In this document: in pieces, positions 26,036 to 34,256 of the stretch
Layout of the letters: each line of letters begins with the position of its first letter
Numbering within the stretch: the first letter of the stretch is position 1
Origin: Desulfosarcina sp.
GTDB taxonomy: Bacteria > Desulfobacterota > Desulfobacteria > Desulfobacterales > Desulfosarcinaceae
Reading direction: 5' to 3'
NCBI GenBank assembly: GCA_014237405.1
Contig: JABZFO010000116.1
Coordinates: 936 to 64,935, forward strand
DNA: 64,000 bases
Position numbers and translations under genes: made by a program
Notes under the pieces: generated by a model
The model's database searches: none
The model's input: the letters and a program-made list of their open reading frames with translations, nothing else
What the model was told of the DNA's origin: nothing

Positions 26036-27430
26036 TTAAGAGATCAACCGCTTGATCCCCTCTATCAGCCGGGGCTCGTCAGTGCTTTCGTTGATTACGT
26101 CCATACGGACGAGCTTGGGAAATTTTTCAAGCAGACCTGATTTTTTCAGGTACCGTTCCACTTCCGTGTTGTTCTGGGAACCACCGGCATGCTCGGCAAT
26201 GGTCACCCCCACACGACTGGCATATCCCAGCATCTCTTTCAGGGCCGGGATGGCCTTTTTCCCCTCCGTGTCCCAGTCGTCGCCGTCTGTGCCGTGGAAA
26301 ACGTAGATGTTGTAATCCGCGGCCAGGTTCTCCTCTTTCACAATCCGGTTCACCATTTCGTAGGCGGAAAAGACCTGGGTGCCGCCGGCCACTTTTGAGT
26401 TGTAGTATGTATAAAAATCCTTAACCTCCTTGGCTTCCGTGTCGTGGAGGATAAACCGGGACTCCACCTGATTGGCGTACTGGTAGAGCAGCCAGCTGTA
26501 GATGAGCACATGCTGGGTGACCACCAGCTCCGTGGCCTTGCCGGCCATGGATCCGGAATAATCGCGGAGAAAGAAAACCACCGCCTGGGATTCGAAATCC
26601 TTTTCCTTGGAAAGGATCCGATAGATTTTATCTTTAGGCGAAATGATGAGGCGGGACGGGTCGATGTCATCCACATCGGGGATGTTGCCCAGGTGGATGT
26701 TGGTTTCGATGACCTCTCTCAAGGTGGCCTTTTTGTCCAGCACCTGGCCGAAACCGCGATTCCGGTCGGTCATGTCGTAGGTGTAGCGGGTCAGGGAGCG
26801 CTTCTTTCCCTTGTCCTGCAGGTTGGGCAGTTCAAACTGTTCGGTAAGAATCTTTCCCAAGTCGTAGGCAGAGGACTCCATTTCGTGCTGGCCGCCCTCC
26901 CCTTCACCGGGCCCCCCGGCACCGGCCTCATCTGGATCCCGCACCGGCTGCTCGCCGATGACTTCGCCCTCTTCGCCATCACCGCTGCCGCCCTGTCCTT
27001 GACCCTCCTGCTGTTCGGCAAAGTTGGGGTCATGGATAAACTTCTCTTCCACGGTGGTGGGCACCACCACCACCTTGCCCTTGCCGGCCTTGCCGGGTTT
27101 GATCATTTTGCCCACCCGGATTTTCCGGGGGAAGCCGTCCTTTTCCCGCTGGCGGTCCTTTTCCAGCAGTTCGTCGATGGAACGGATGTGGCTGACGTAG
27201 GAGCCCTTGGGTTGGGGCATGGCCTGTAGCGTCATCAGATCGTGGTAATCATACAGGTTGAGAAGACGGATATCACCTTCATCGGTGGTGACCACCCCTA
27301 TGTTCCCGCCGATGACCGGCATTCCATGGGTCCGGTCGTCGTTGATCTCCAGGAGGATTTTTTCCTCCTGCACTGGGGTCAGACCAGCCCTTTTTAGATT
27401 ATGATAGATTTTACTTAGCTTGGAGTGCAT
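26036..27430 (-). CDS. YeaH/YhbH family protein (DUF444, vWA-like C-terminus)
   Basis: Acidic/Gly-rich linker (GEGGQHE, GDGEEGE) and the C-terminal DYSGSMAG...VFHGTDGDDWD typical of DUF444. The start is uncertain: ATG 27430 or TTG 27460. Confidence 0.8.
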   Translation of the reverse strand: MHSKLSKIYHNLKRAGLTPVQEEKILLEINDDRTHGMPVIGGNIGVVTTDEGDIRLLNLYDYHDLMTLQAMPQPKGSYVSHIRSIDELLEKDRQREKDGFPRKIRVGKMIKPGKAGKGKVVVVPTTVEEKFIHDPNFAEQQEGQGQGGSGDGEEGEVIGEQPVRDPDEAGAGGPGEGEGGQHEMESSAYDLGKILTEQFELPNLQDKGKKRSLTRYTYDMTDRNRGFGQVLDKKATLREVIETNIHLGNIPDVDDIDPSRLIISPKDKIYRILSKEKDFESQAVVFFLRDYSGSMAGKATELVVTQHVLIYSWLLYQYANQVESRFILHDTEAKEVKDFYTYYNSKVAGGTQVFSAYEMVNRIVKEENLAADYNIYVFHGTDGDDWDTEGKKAIPALKEMLGYASRVGVTIAEHAGGSQNNTEVERYLKKSGLLEKFPKLVRMDVINESTDEPRLIEGIKRLIS

Positions 27431-27452
27431 ATATTTTTTCCATGTTTTGTTA

Positions 27453-27617
27453 CTACCCAAACTGTACGTATTGTCCTAAGAAAACACCCGTTAAAATAAA
27501 AAAAGCCATGTCCACTTTTTCATAGGCGTACCAGTCCCCAGTAACAGTACCCCATACAAATGCGAAAATAGATAGTAAACAAATGGTTCCAACAATGAAT
27601 TTTATCCCGACTTTCAA
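27453..27617 (-). CDS. Candidate small membrane protein, 54 codons, TTG start (below the ORF-track cutoff)
   Basis: Reads (M)KVGIKFIVGTICLLSIFAFVWGTVTGDWYAYEKVDMAFFILTGVFLGQYVQFG, with two hydrophobic helices. GAGAGGG lies 7 nt upstream of the TTG, and an in-frame TGA lies just upstream. The stop overlaps the possible TTG start of yeaH. The ORF sits in a conspicuously AT-rich patch. Confidence 0.4.
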   Translation of the reverse strand: MKVGIKFIVGTICLLSIFAFVWGTVTGDWYAYEKVDMAFFILTGVFLGQYVQFG

Positions 27618-27668
27618 TTCGTTGCCCTCTCACACTTTCAAATTCTTTACTAATTAATCGTATTAACA

Positions 27669-27812
27669 GTTGTCCGTCCACAAATAGTAGATTTTGGTTC
27701 AGGCCAAGGCCGCAACGATTTTGAAACCGCAGGCGTAGCAGCGCTACGTCGAGGATTTCGAAATTGTGAGAACACCGGCCTGGGCCGAAAGATGCTGTTT
27801 GTGGATGGACAC
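27669..27812 (+). repeat. Copy R6 of the ~140-bp rod-shaped palindromic element family
   Basis: Reads GTTGTCCGTCCACAAATAG...CAGGCCAAGGCCGCAACGATTTTGAAACCGCAGGCGTAGCAGCGCTACGTCGAGGATTTCGAAATTGTGAGAACACCGGCC...CTGTTTGTGGATGGACAC. It starts 4 nt after the prkA stop, inside the prkA operon. Confidence 0.9.
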
Positions 27813-27815
27813 CGA

Positions 27816-29876
27816 CTAATTCTCATCCTCCTGGGTGCAAAAATATTCAATGGTTTTCTGCGCACAGGTCTTGCAATATCCCAGTTTGTTGAGCATGGTG
27901 TCTACCATGCGGTCGTACAGCTTCTGATTCTCCTCGTTGGTCCGGTTGGCCAGGGCGCCGATGAGGCTGCCGGCACCGGCGATATCCGATTTCAACCGCA
28001 CATCGGTGACCGCCTTAACCAGTTCCAGATTGTCCATGAAGTCGTAGTCCGGATCCACTGAAATCTTTTGGCCGTATATTTTGCGAATGGCGGTCCGGAA
28101 AGCCTCCCCCTGCTCGGTGGTTTTGAGTCCCAGCCGCTCCTCCACGCTCTTGATGTAACGCTCGTCGATCTTCAATGCTCGGAGTTCGCCGGTTTGGGGA
28201 TCCTTGTACTTCCACATCTTGTCCGGTCCCAGATTTTCGGCGTCAATACCGATGATCATGTTCACGTAGTTCATGACATCCTTGCGGATGGCCAGGGGTT
28301 CATCCATGTAAGCGTTAAACATCTCCGTCATGATTCGCTCCCGGTAAAACCCCTTGGCGGTCTTCAGGTCCTCCAGGTACTTGGCCCGGTCATTGGCGTC
28401 GGTCACATAGTCCAGAACAATGCGCTCCAGCGCTTTGAAGATATCGTATGCGAACATGCACTTACCTTCATTGGTCTCCGAACTTTCGATGAGCAGTTGG
28501 ATGGCCCGGCCCAGGTTTCGCTGTCCAAGCCCCTTCTGGCCGAACCGTTTGGTGATGTCCGGATCCTGGTTGAGGGTGTCGATGACCTCTGCCAGGGCCT
28601 TTATGCTTTTTTCTCCGGCCACCTCGCCGGCGGCCAGCTTCATGGTCTCGATGGGCGTGAGCTTCTCCGACCGGGCCAGTCGGGTGAGCACCACGGCCAC
28701 GGAGGCGGCATGATTCAGGTTGGGATCCTGGTGCAGGTACTCGCGGTTGAGGGTCGTTCGGGTATCGCTGCCGATGGCGTAAATGGTCAAATCCTTTTGC
28801 AACTTGTAGTTGGTGTTGTGGGAGACGTAGCAAATGCGGCAGCGGTCCACGATGGGAGCTTCTTCCTTTTCCGCCAGAAAGCGGTTGAATTCTGAGCTGT
28901 TACTGGTGGCGATGATCAGCGTGTCGATGGGCCACTTGTACCCGTCAATCTCGATGCTCCGGTTCTGGATGACCCCCAGGTATACCTGGACCAGGTCTTT
29001 TTTGTTCTTGAAAATTTCATCGGAGAAGTGAACCCCGCCGCCGGCAACCCGTGCCAGCGCCCCACGCCGCAGGTCGAAGCGGTAGGGATTGTTGGTCTCC
29101 GTGATGTGCAGCAGTCGCTGGATGGACTCTTCACCTAAAAGGTCCACCGCCGATGAGGTGATTTTATCCTTTGCCGGATACTTACCGGTGACGGTCCCCA
29201 GGCTCTCGGTCATGGGAACAGGGATAATTTGTACAAATTCGAGCATCTGTGCAAGATCACCGTCGGTGTAGTTCCGGATGTTGTTCCATATGAATGCGCT
29301 GCAGGCGCCCAGTGGGCGGTAATCCATCCAGAGGGTTTCGATCTCGTTGTCCGAGAATCCAATCTCCTGGGACAAAAACGCTCTTTTTTTTCCCGGATTA
29401 TCGTAGATGTTCATCCCCAAAATCATGGGGTCCTCATAGGTCTGTGATTCGATGGTCGTGATTTTTCCGTACCCGCCGATCTTGTCCAGGCCGGTAAATC
29501 GGAAGGAGTATTTCCGGTTGGCGTCGATGGATAAAAATTCCCTGTATTTATTACAGACAAAATCAACCAGAAAGGTCTTGCCGTTTCCCGGCTCACCCAC
29601 CAGGACAAATGCCATTTCCTTGGAGGATCCATTTTCCGCTGCGTCCTTGACATAGGAGACAAAACTGTTGATTTCATCGTACATGCCGATGATATGCTTT
29701 TTACCGGTTCTGAATATACTGAAATCATAGGTGGTCTTTCCGTTGACCACCACCTTTTCAATGTCGCTCTCCAGAATCATTCTGGAAACGCCCTGAAAAG
29801 CGTTTTCGAAACAGCGTTTTCCTTCCTTGACCTCGGCCAGATGCTGGTGAAGCGCCGATGTGTTCTTTTCTACCAT
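27816..29876 (-). CDS. prkA: PrkA/YeaG family serine protein kinase (AAA-type N-domain)
   Basis: 686 aa, with Walker A GEPGNGKTFLV and conserved PrkA C-terminal blocks. It is first in the prkA / yeaH / spoVR order. Confidence 0.9.
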   Translation of the reverse strand: MVEKNTSALHQHLAEVKEGKRCFENAFQGVSRMILESDIEKVVVNGKTTYDFSIFRTGKKHIIGMYDEINSFVSYVKDAAENGSSKEMAFVLVGEPGNGKTFLVDFVCNKYREFLSIDANRKYSFRFTGLDKIGGYGKITTIESQTYEDPMILGMNIYDNPGKKRAFLSQEIGFSDNEIETLWMDYRPLGACSAFIWNNIRNYTDGDLAQMLEFVQIIPVPMTESLGTVTGKYPAKDKITSSAVDLLGEESIQRLLHITETNNPYRFDLRRGALARVAGGGVHFSDEIFKNKKDLVQVYLGVIQNRSIEIDGYKWPIDTLIIATSNSSEFNRFLAEKEEAPIVDRCRICYVSHNTNYKLQKDLTIYAIGSDTRTTLNREYLHQDPNLNHAASVAVVLTRLARSEKLTPIETMKLAAGEVAGEKSIKALAEVIDTLNQDPDITKRFGQKGLGQRNLGRAIQLLIESSETNEGKCMFAYDIFKALERIVLDYVTDANDRAKYLEDLKTAKGFYRERIMTEMFNAYMDEPLAIRKDVMNYVNMIIGIDAENLGPDKMWKYKDPQTGELRALKIDERYIKSVEERLGLKTTEQGEAFRTAIRKIYGQKISVDPDYDFMDNLELVKAVTDVRLKSDIAGAGSLIGALANRTNEENQKLYDRMVDTMLNKLGYCKTCAQKTIEYFCTQEDEN

Positions 29877-30141
29877 GGTGTCCCCCTAGGTTTTAAATGA
29901 TCGGTGCAGGAGATGTTGGAACTGGTTAAGGGCCGCCATCAGAAAGGAGAGGTACGTGAAAAGCGTTTCTGACGGCACTCGGCATGACCCGGGAACCGGG
30001 TGCTTCGCCTGTAAGGGCCGGCTGTCGCGCTGGTTCATCAGGATGAGAATTCCATTGCGATAGCCTGAGTATAGCACCTCATTGCCAAACTTCAACCTGA
30101 AAAAAACCAACCAAAAGGGTCCCAATGGCCGGCGGGCAGAG

Positions 30142-30182
30142 TTGACAATACCCAGACGAACTGGTATGACCTCTTACCAGTT
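30142..30182 (+). promoter_or_regulatory. Candidate promoter (TTGACA-N17-TATGAC) overlapped by a FadR-box-like palindrome, AACTGGTATGACCTCTTACCAGTT
   Basis: -35 at 30142-30147 and -10 at 30165-30170. The palindrome arms are AACTGGTA (30159-30166) and TACCAGTT (30175-30182). The first 17 nt resemble the E. coli FadR operator consensus ANCTGGTCCGAYNTGTT, which I am quoting from memory. Confidence 0.5.
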
Positions 30183-30200
30183 AATCTAAGGAGTCCTCCC

Positions 30201-30902
30201 ATGAAAGTGAAATCATCGGCAATTCCTCCCGCCCGACCTGCCCAGCTGGTTGAGCACTGCGTCATCACCGGCATTCTGGACGGCACTTATCCGCCAGGTA
30301 CGCCGCTTCCAAGCGAACGGCAGCTGGCAGAAACCATTGGTGTAGCCAGGCCCCCCCTTCGTGAAACCCTCCACCGGCTGGCCACCGAAGGATGGCTGAC
30401 CATTGCCCACGGCAAACCCACACAGGTAAACGACTATTGGGAAAAAGGCGGTATGGGACTGCTCAGCACCATGGCCAAATATATCGACACCCTTCCGGCA
30501 GGGTTCGTCACCCATCTGATGGAGGTCAGAAGCCGTCTGTTGCCCATTATTGCCGGGCTGGCTGTGAACCAGGCACCTGATGACGTGCTCACGTTTTTGA
30601 AGGATGCCGAACAGCTCAATGATGATGTTAATGCGTTTGTAGATTTTGACTGGCAGTTTCAGCTTTTTATGGCCACCAAAACGGGCAATTCCATATATAA
30701 GTTGATCCTCAACGATTTTTCCACCATGTTCGAAACCCTTGCGACAACCTACTTTTCGCTTCCCGAAGCTCGGGCAGCATCCCGACAATATTACCGGGAT
30801 CTTTCCGCTGCCATTCAATCCGGCGGCCGACGGGTGGGAACGGTTGTGATGGACGCCATGGATCAGAGCGTCGTCCTGTGGGAAAGCCTTAAGGGGGCCT
30901 GA
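30201..30902 (+). CDS. fadR: FadR-type GntR-family transcriptional regulator (fatty-acid/acyl-CoA-responsive type)
   Basis: PGTPLPSERQLAETIGVARPPLRETLHRLATEGWLTIAHGKPTQVNDYWEKGGMGLL is collinear with E. coli FadR as I remember it ([57 protein letters not shown]). Confidence 0.75.
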   Translation: MKVKSSAIPPARPAQLVEHCVITGILDGTYPPGTPLPSERQLAETIGVARPPLRETLHRLATEGWLTIAHGKPTQVNDYWEKGGMGLLSTMAKYIDTLPAGFVTHLMEVRSRLLPIIAGLAVNQAPDDVLTFLKDAEQLNDDVNAFVDFDWQFQLFMATKTGNSIYKLILNDFSTMFETLATTYFSLPEARAASRQYYRDLSAAIQSGGRRVGTVVMDAMDQSVVLWESLKGA

Positions 30903-30904
30903 CC

Positions 30905-32527
30905 ATGATGAATCTGGACAGCAACTGGGATATAATCGTTATCGGCGGCGGCATCACCGGTGCCGGCATCTTCCGCGAATCGGTCCGCATGGGGTTAAAG
31001 GCGCTGCTGCTGGAACAGCAGGATTTTGCCTGGGGAACCTCCAGCCGGTCATCCAAGCTGGTTCACGGGGGCCTGCGCTACCTGAAGGAAGGTCGATTTT
31101 TCCTGACCCGGGATGCGGTCCGCGAACGGGAACGATTGCTTACCGAGGCCAGGGGATTGGTAACACCCATGGAATTTTTGGTTCCTATCTATAAAGACCG
31201 AGGGCCGGGGAGGTGGGTTCTGGAAGCCGGTCTGTCCATCTACGACCTGATCGCCAAACAGCGCCAGCACCACTATCTGGATGCAGATGCCTTTGTAAAG
31301 CAGGTGCCAAACATCGACCAGAAGGGGCTGGTCGGGGGATTCCAGTTTTTAGACGCACAAGTGGACGATGCCCGGCTGGTGCTCCGCCTGATCTTTGAGA
31401 GCATGGTCAATGGCGGCACCGCCTTGAATTACACCCGGGCGGCTGCCGTTGGACGGGATAAGGATGGCCAGGTAAACGGGGTGACCGTCGAAGATGTTCA
31501 CTCCCACCAGACACTGTCCCTGTCCACGAAAGCGGTGATCAACGCCACCGGCTGCTGGGCAGAGCGCCTTCACCCATCCCCACAGAAAAACCTTCACCTG
31601 CGTCCCTTGCGGGGAAGCCACCTGGTTTTTCCGGCCCATGTGCTTCCGGTGGATCAGGCCATCAGCACCATTCATCCGGCCGACGGCCGGGCCGTCTTCA
31701 TCGTTCCCTGGGAGGGCGCTGTGATTGCGGGCACCACAGACCTGGACCATCAGGACAGCCTGTCGTTCGAGCCCCGGATAACAGAAGGGGAGGTGACATA
31801 TCTGCTGGACGGCCTCCATGCCCTGTTTCCTGCTCTGGATGTGTCGGCAAGGGACTGCATCGCCACCATCGCCGGAGTTCGCCCGGTGCTCAGCGAGGGA
31901 AAATGCGATCCGTCGGAAGAATCCCGGGAGCATGTGGTGTGGGTGAACAACGGCCTGGTGACCATCACCGGAGGCAAGCTGACCACCTTTCGCAAACTGG
32001 CATTTGATGTGTTGAAGGCGGCCAAACCGTTTTTGCCGGCCGACACCACTGCCGATGAAGAATCGCCGGTATTTCTGCCATTTGAAAACCGGCCTGTATC
32101 ACCACCTCCCATTTCCGATTCGCATTGGGAGACGCTTTATGGTCGATACGGCAACGCCGCGGAAACCATTATTAAGAAAACCTTGCCATCGGACCTTGCC
32201 GTCATTTCAGGCACGCGAACCCTGTGGGCAGAGATCCCCCACGCCGCCACCCACGAAAAGATTCATCATCTATCCGATCTTCTCCTCCGGCGCGTCCGGG
32301 TGGGTTTATTGACAGCAAAAGGGGGACGGGAGCACATGGACCGGATCCGCCATCTGTGTGCTCCGGTACTGGATTGGGACTCAAACCGCTGGAAAAAAGA
32401 GATCCGGGACTACAGTGAAAAGTGGCGATTCGCCCATGGCATGCCCGGGCGCCATGCCGAATCCCGGGGAGCGGTGAAGTCCTTTTTTTTCAATATGGGC
32501 AAACGCCTGCGTAAACACGTTGCCTGA
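30905..32527 (+). CDS. glpD: FAD-dependent glycerol-3-phosphate dehydrogenase (GlpD/GlpA-like)
   Basis: FAD fold IVIGGGITGAG and SSRSSKLVHGGLRYL, typical of GlpD. Length is 540 aa. Confidence 0.8.
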   Translation: MMNLDSNWDIIVIGGGITGAGIFRESVRMGLKALLLEQQDFAWGTSSRSSKLVHGGLRYLKEGRFFLTRDAVRERERLLTEARGLVTPMEFLVPIYKDRGPGRWVLEAGLSIYDLIAKQRQHHYLDADAFVKQVPNIDQKGLVGGFQFLDAQVDDARLVLRLIFESMVNGGTALNYTRAAAVGRDKDGQVNGVTVEDVHSHQTLSLSTKAVINATGCWAERLHPSPQKNLHLRPLRGSHLVFPAHVLPVDQAISTIHPADGRAVFIVPWEGAVIAGTTDLDHQDSLSFEPRITEGEVTYLLDGLHALFPALDVSARDCIATIAGVRPVLSEGKCDPSEESREHVVWVNNGLVTITGGKLTTFRKLAFDVLKAAKPFLPADTTADEESPVFLPFENRPVSPPPISDSHWETLYGRYGNAAETIIKKTLPSDLAVISGTRTLWAEIPHAATHEKIHHLSDLLLRRVRVGLLTAKGGREHMDRIRHLCAPVLDWDSNRWKKEIRDYSEKWRFAHGMPGRHAESRGAVKSFFFNMGKRLRKHVA

Positions 32528-32538
32528 AATCGTGAAAA

Positions 32539-34098
32539 ATGGCTGAAAAAGATCTGCTGCTCTCCATCGACAACGGTACCCAGAGTCTCAAAGCCCTGGT
32601 CTTTGACGCCGGCGGGAATCTGATTGCCCGGGAACAGGTGCTGTTCACCCCTTATTTTTCAGACCAGCCCGGATGGGCCGAGCAGGATCCCCAAGTATTC
32701 TGGAACGCTCTTTGCCAGGCGTGCCAGAAAATTTTCACCACACATGGGATCGACAAGTCACGCATTGCCGGCGTTTCCCTGACCACCCAACGGGGCACGG
32801 TGGTCAATGTGGATAAAAATGGTAGCCCTTTGCGGCCTGCCATCCTCTGGCTGGATCAGCGAAAGTGTTACGACCTGCCACCGCTGGGGGGGCTGTGGGG
32901 ACTGTTGTTCAGGGTCACCGGGCTTGCCGGCACCCTGGCTTATTTTCAATCCGAAACCGAAGCCAACTGGATCTCCAAAAACCAGCCGGAAATCTGGGCT
33001 CAAACCCACAAATTTCTTTTGCTGTCCGGTTATCTAAACTTCCGCCTGACCGGCGAGTATAAGGATTCCGTCGGCAGTCAGGTGGGCTATCTGCCCTTTG
33101 ACTACAAACGGCTGCGGTGGGCCCGGGCCTGGAACTGGAAATGGCGCTGCGTACCGGTGGATCCGGATCAGCTTCCGCAGCTGGTAACGCCGGGTCAGAT
33201 TATCGGAACCGTGAGCCGGCAAGCCTCCCGGGAAACGGGGATTCCGGCCTGCCTGCCGGTATTTGCCGCGGCGGCGGACAAGGCCTGCGAAGTCATCGGT
33301 TCCGGCAGTCTCGACCCGTCGGTGGGATGCCTGAGCTACGGCACCACGGCCACCATCAACGTCACCCACCGCCGGTATATCGAGCCCATCCCTCTGCTGC
33401 CCGCCTATCCCAGCGCCGTGCCCGGAAGCCACACCATGGAGGTCCAGGTGTTTCGCGGGTTCTGGATGGTAAACTGGTTCAAGGAAGAGTTCGGTTTCCC
33501 GGAACAGCAGGCTGCCGAAAAAACAGGTGTGGCCGCTGAGGATTTATTTGAACACCTGATTAAAGATATTCCCCCTGGATCCATGGGGCTCATGCTTCAG
33601 CCCTTCTGGACACCGGGCATCCGGACGCCGGGTCCCGAGGCCAAAGGCGCCATCATCGGCTTCGGGGATGTCCACACCCGCGCCCACTTGTATCGTTCCA
33701 TCCTGGAGGGGCTGGCCTATGCCCTGCGGGAGGGCAAGGAGCGCATCGAACGGCGCAGCCGCACGCCCATTACCAGCCTGCGGGTTTCCGGGGGCGGAAG
33801 CCAGAGTGACCTGGCCTTGCAGTTGACGGCCGACATATTCGGCCTGCCCACGGCCCGGCCCCACCTGTACGAAACCTCGGGTCTGGGTGCGGCCATTGAC
33901 ACGGCCGTTGGGCTGGGAATCCACTCAGACTTTGAAACTGCGGTGGGTGCCATGACCCGCTCCGGCGAGCGTTTCGAACCGGACCCGTCAAACCACCGGC
34001 TTTACGACGAACTCTACCAAAAGGTGTACAAGCGGATGTATCGCCGACTCAGACCGCTTTACAAAAAAATACGTGAAATTACTGGATATCCTGAATAA
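32539..34098 (+). CDS. FGGY-family carbohydrate kinase (glycerol/xylulose-kinase-like)
   Basis: N-terminus [17 protein letters not shown], with GWAEQDP and the C-terminal FGGY block [22 protein letters not shown]. Confidence 0.8.
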   Translation: MAEKDLLLSIDNGTQSLKALVFDAGGNLIAREQVLFTPYFSDQPGWAEQDPQVFWNALCQACQKIFTTHGIDKSRIAGVSLTTQRGTVVNVDKNGSPLRPAILWLDQRKCYDLPPLGGLWGLLFRVTGLAGTLAYFQSETEANWISKNQPEIWAQTHKFLLLSGYLNFRLTGEYKDSVGSQVGYLPFDYKRLRWARAWNWKWRCVPVDPDQLPQLVTPGQIIGTVSRQASRETGIPACLPVFAAAADKACEVIGSGSLDPSVGCLSYGTTATINVTHRRYIEPIPLLPAYPSAVPGSHTMEVQVFRGFWMVNWFKEEFGFPEQQAAEKTGVAAEDLFEHLIKDIPPGSMGLMLQPFWTPGIRTPGPEAKGAIIGFGDVHTRAHLYRSILEGLAYALREGKERIERRSRTPITSLRVSGGGSQSDLALQLTADIFGLPTARPHLYETSGLGAAIDTAVGLGIHSDFETAVGAMTRSGERFEPDPSNHRLYDELYQKVYKRMYRRLRPLYKKIREITGYPE

Positions 34099-34256
34099 CC
34101 CGCCGACGCCAACCTCCGCCCCTGCTGTCGCATCACCCTTTACCCTGAATTGAGCGCTAAGGTTTACAATAATGCTTGATTCCCCCCGTTGCCTTTTTTA
34201 TGATGAGGGCGATCCGTCGAACTGTCACCGACTGAGGGTCTGCAGAGGCGTGCACC

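Noticed and set aside
30072-30087. Sigma-54-like promoter TGGCAATGAGGTGCTA (minus strand) upstream of prkA
   Set aside because: It is attractive because yeaGH is NtrC/sigma-54-regulated in E. coli. However, the GG and GC elements are separated by 9 nt rather than the strictly conserved 10 nt, and TGCT replaces TTGC. I do not call it without TSS data.
34099-34256. SOS/LexA box upstream of recN
   Set aside because: I found no convincing match to the LexA-box types I remember (CTGT-N8-ACAG, GAAC-N4-GTTC, GGTT-N10-AACC). The regulation cannot be called from sequence alone.
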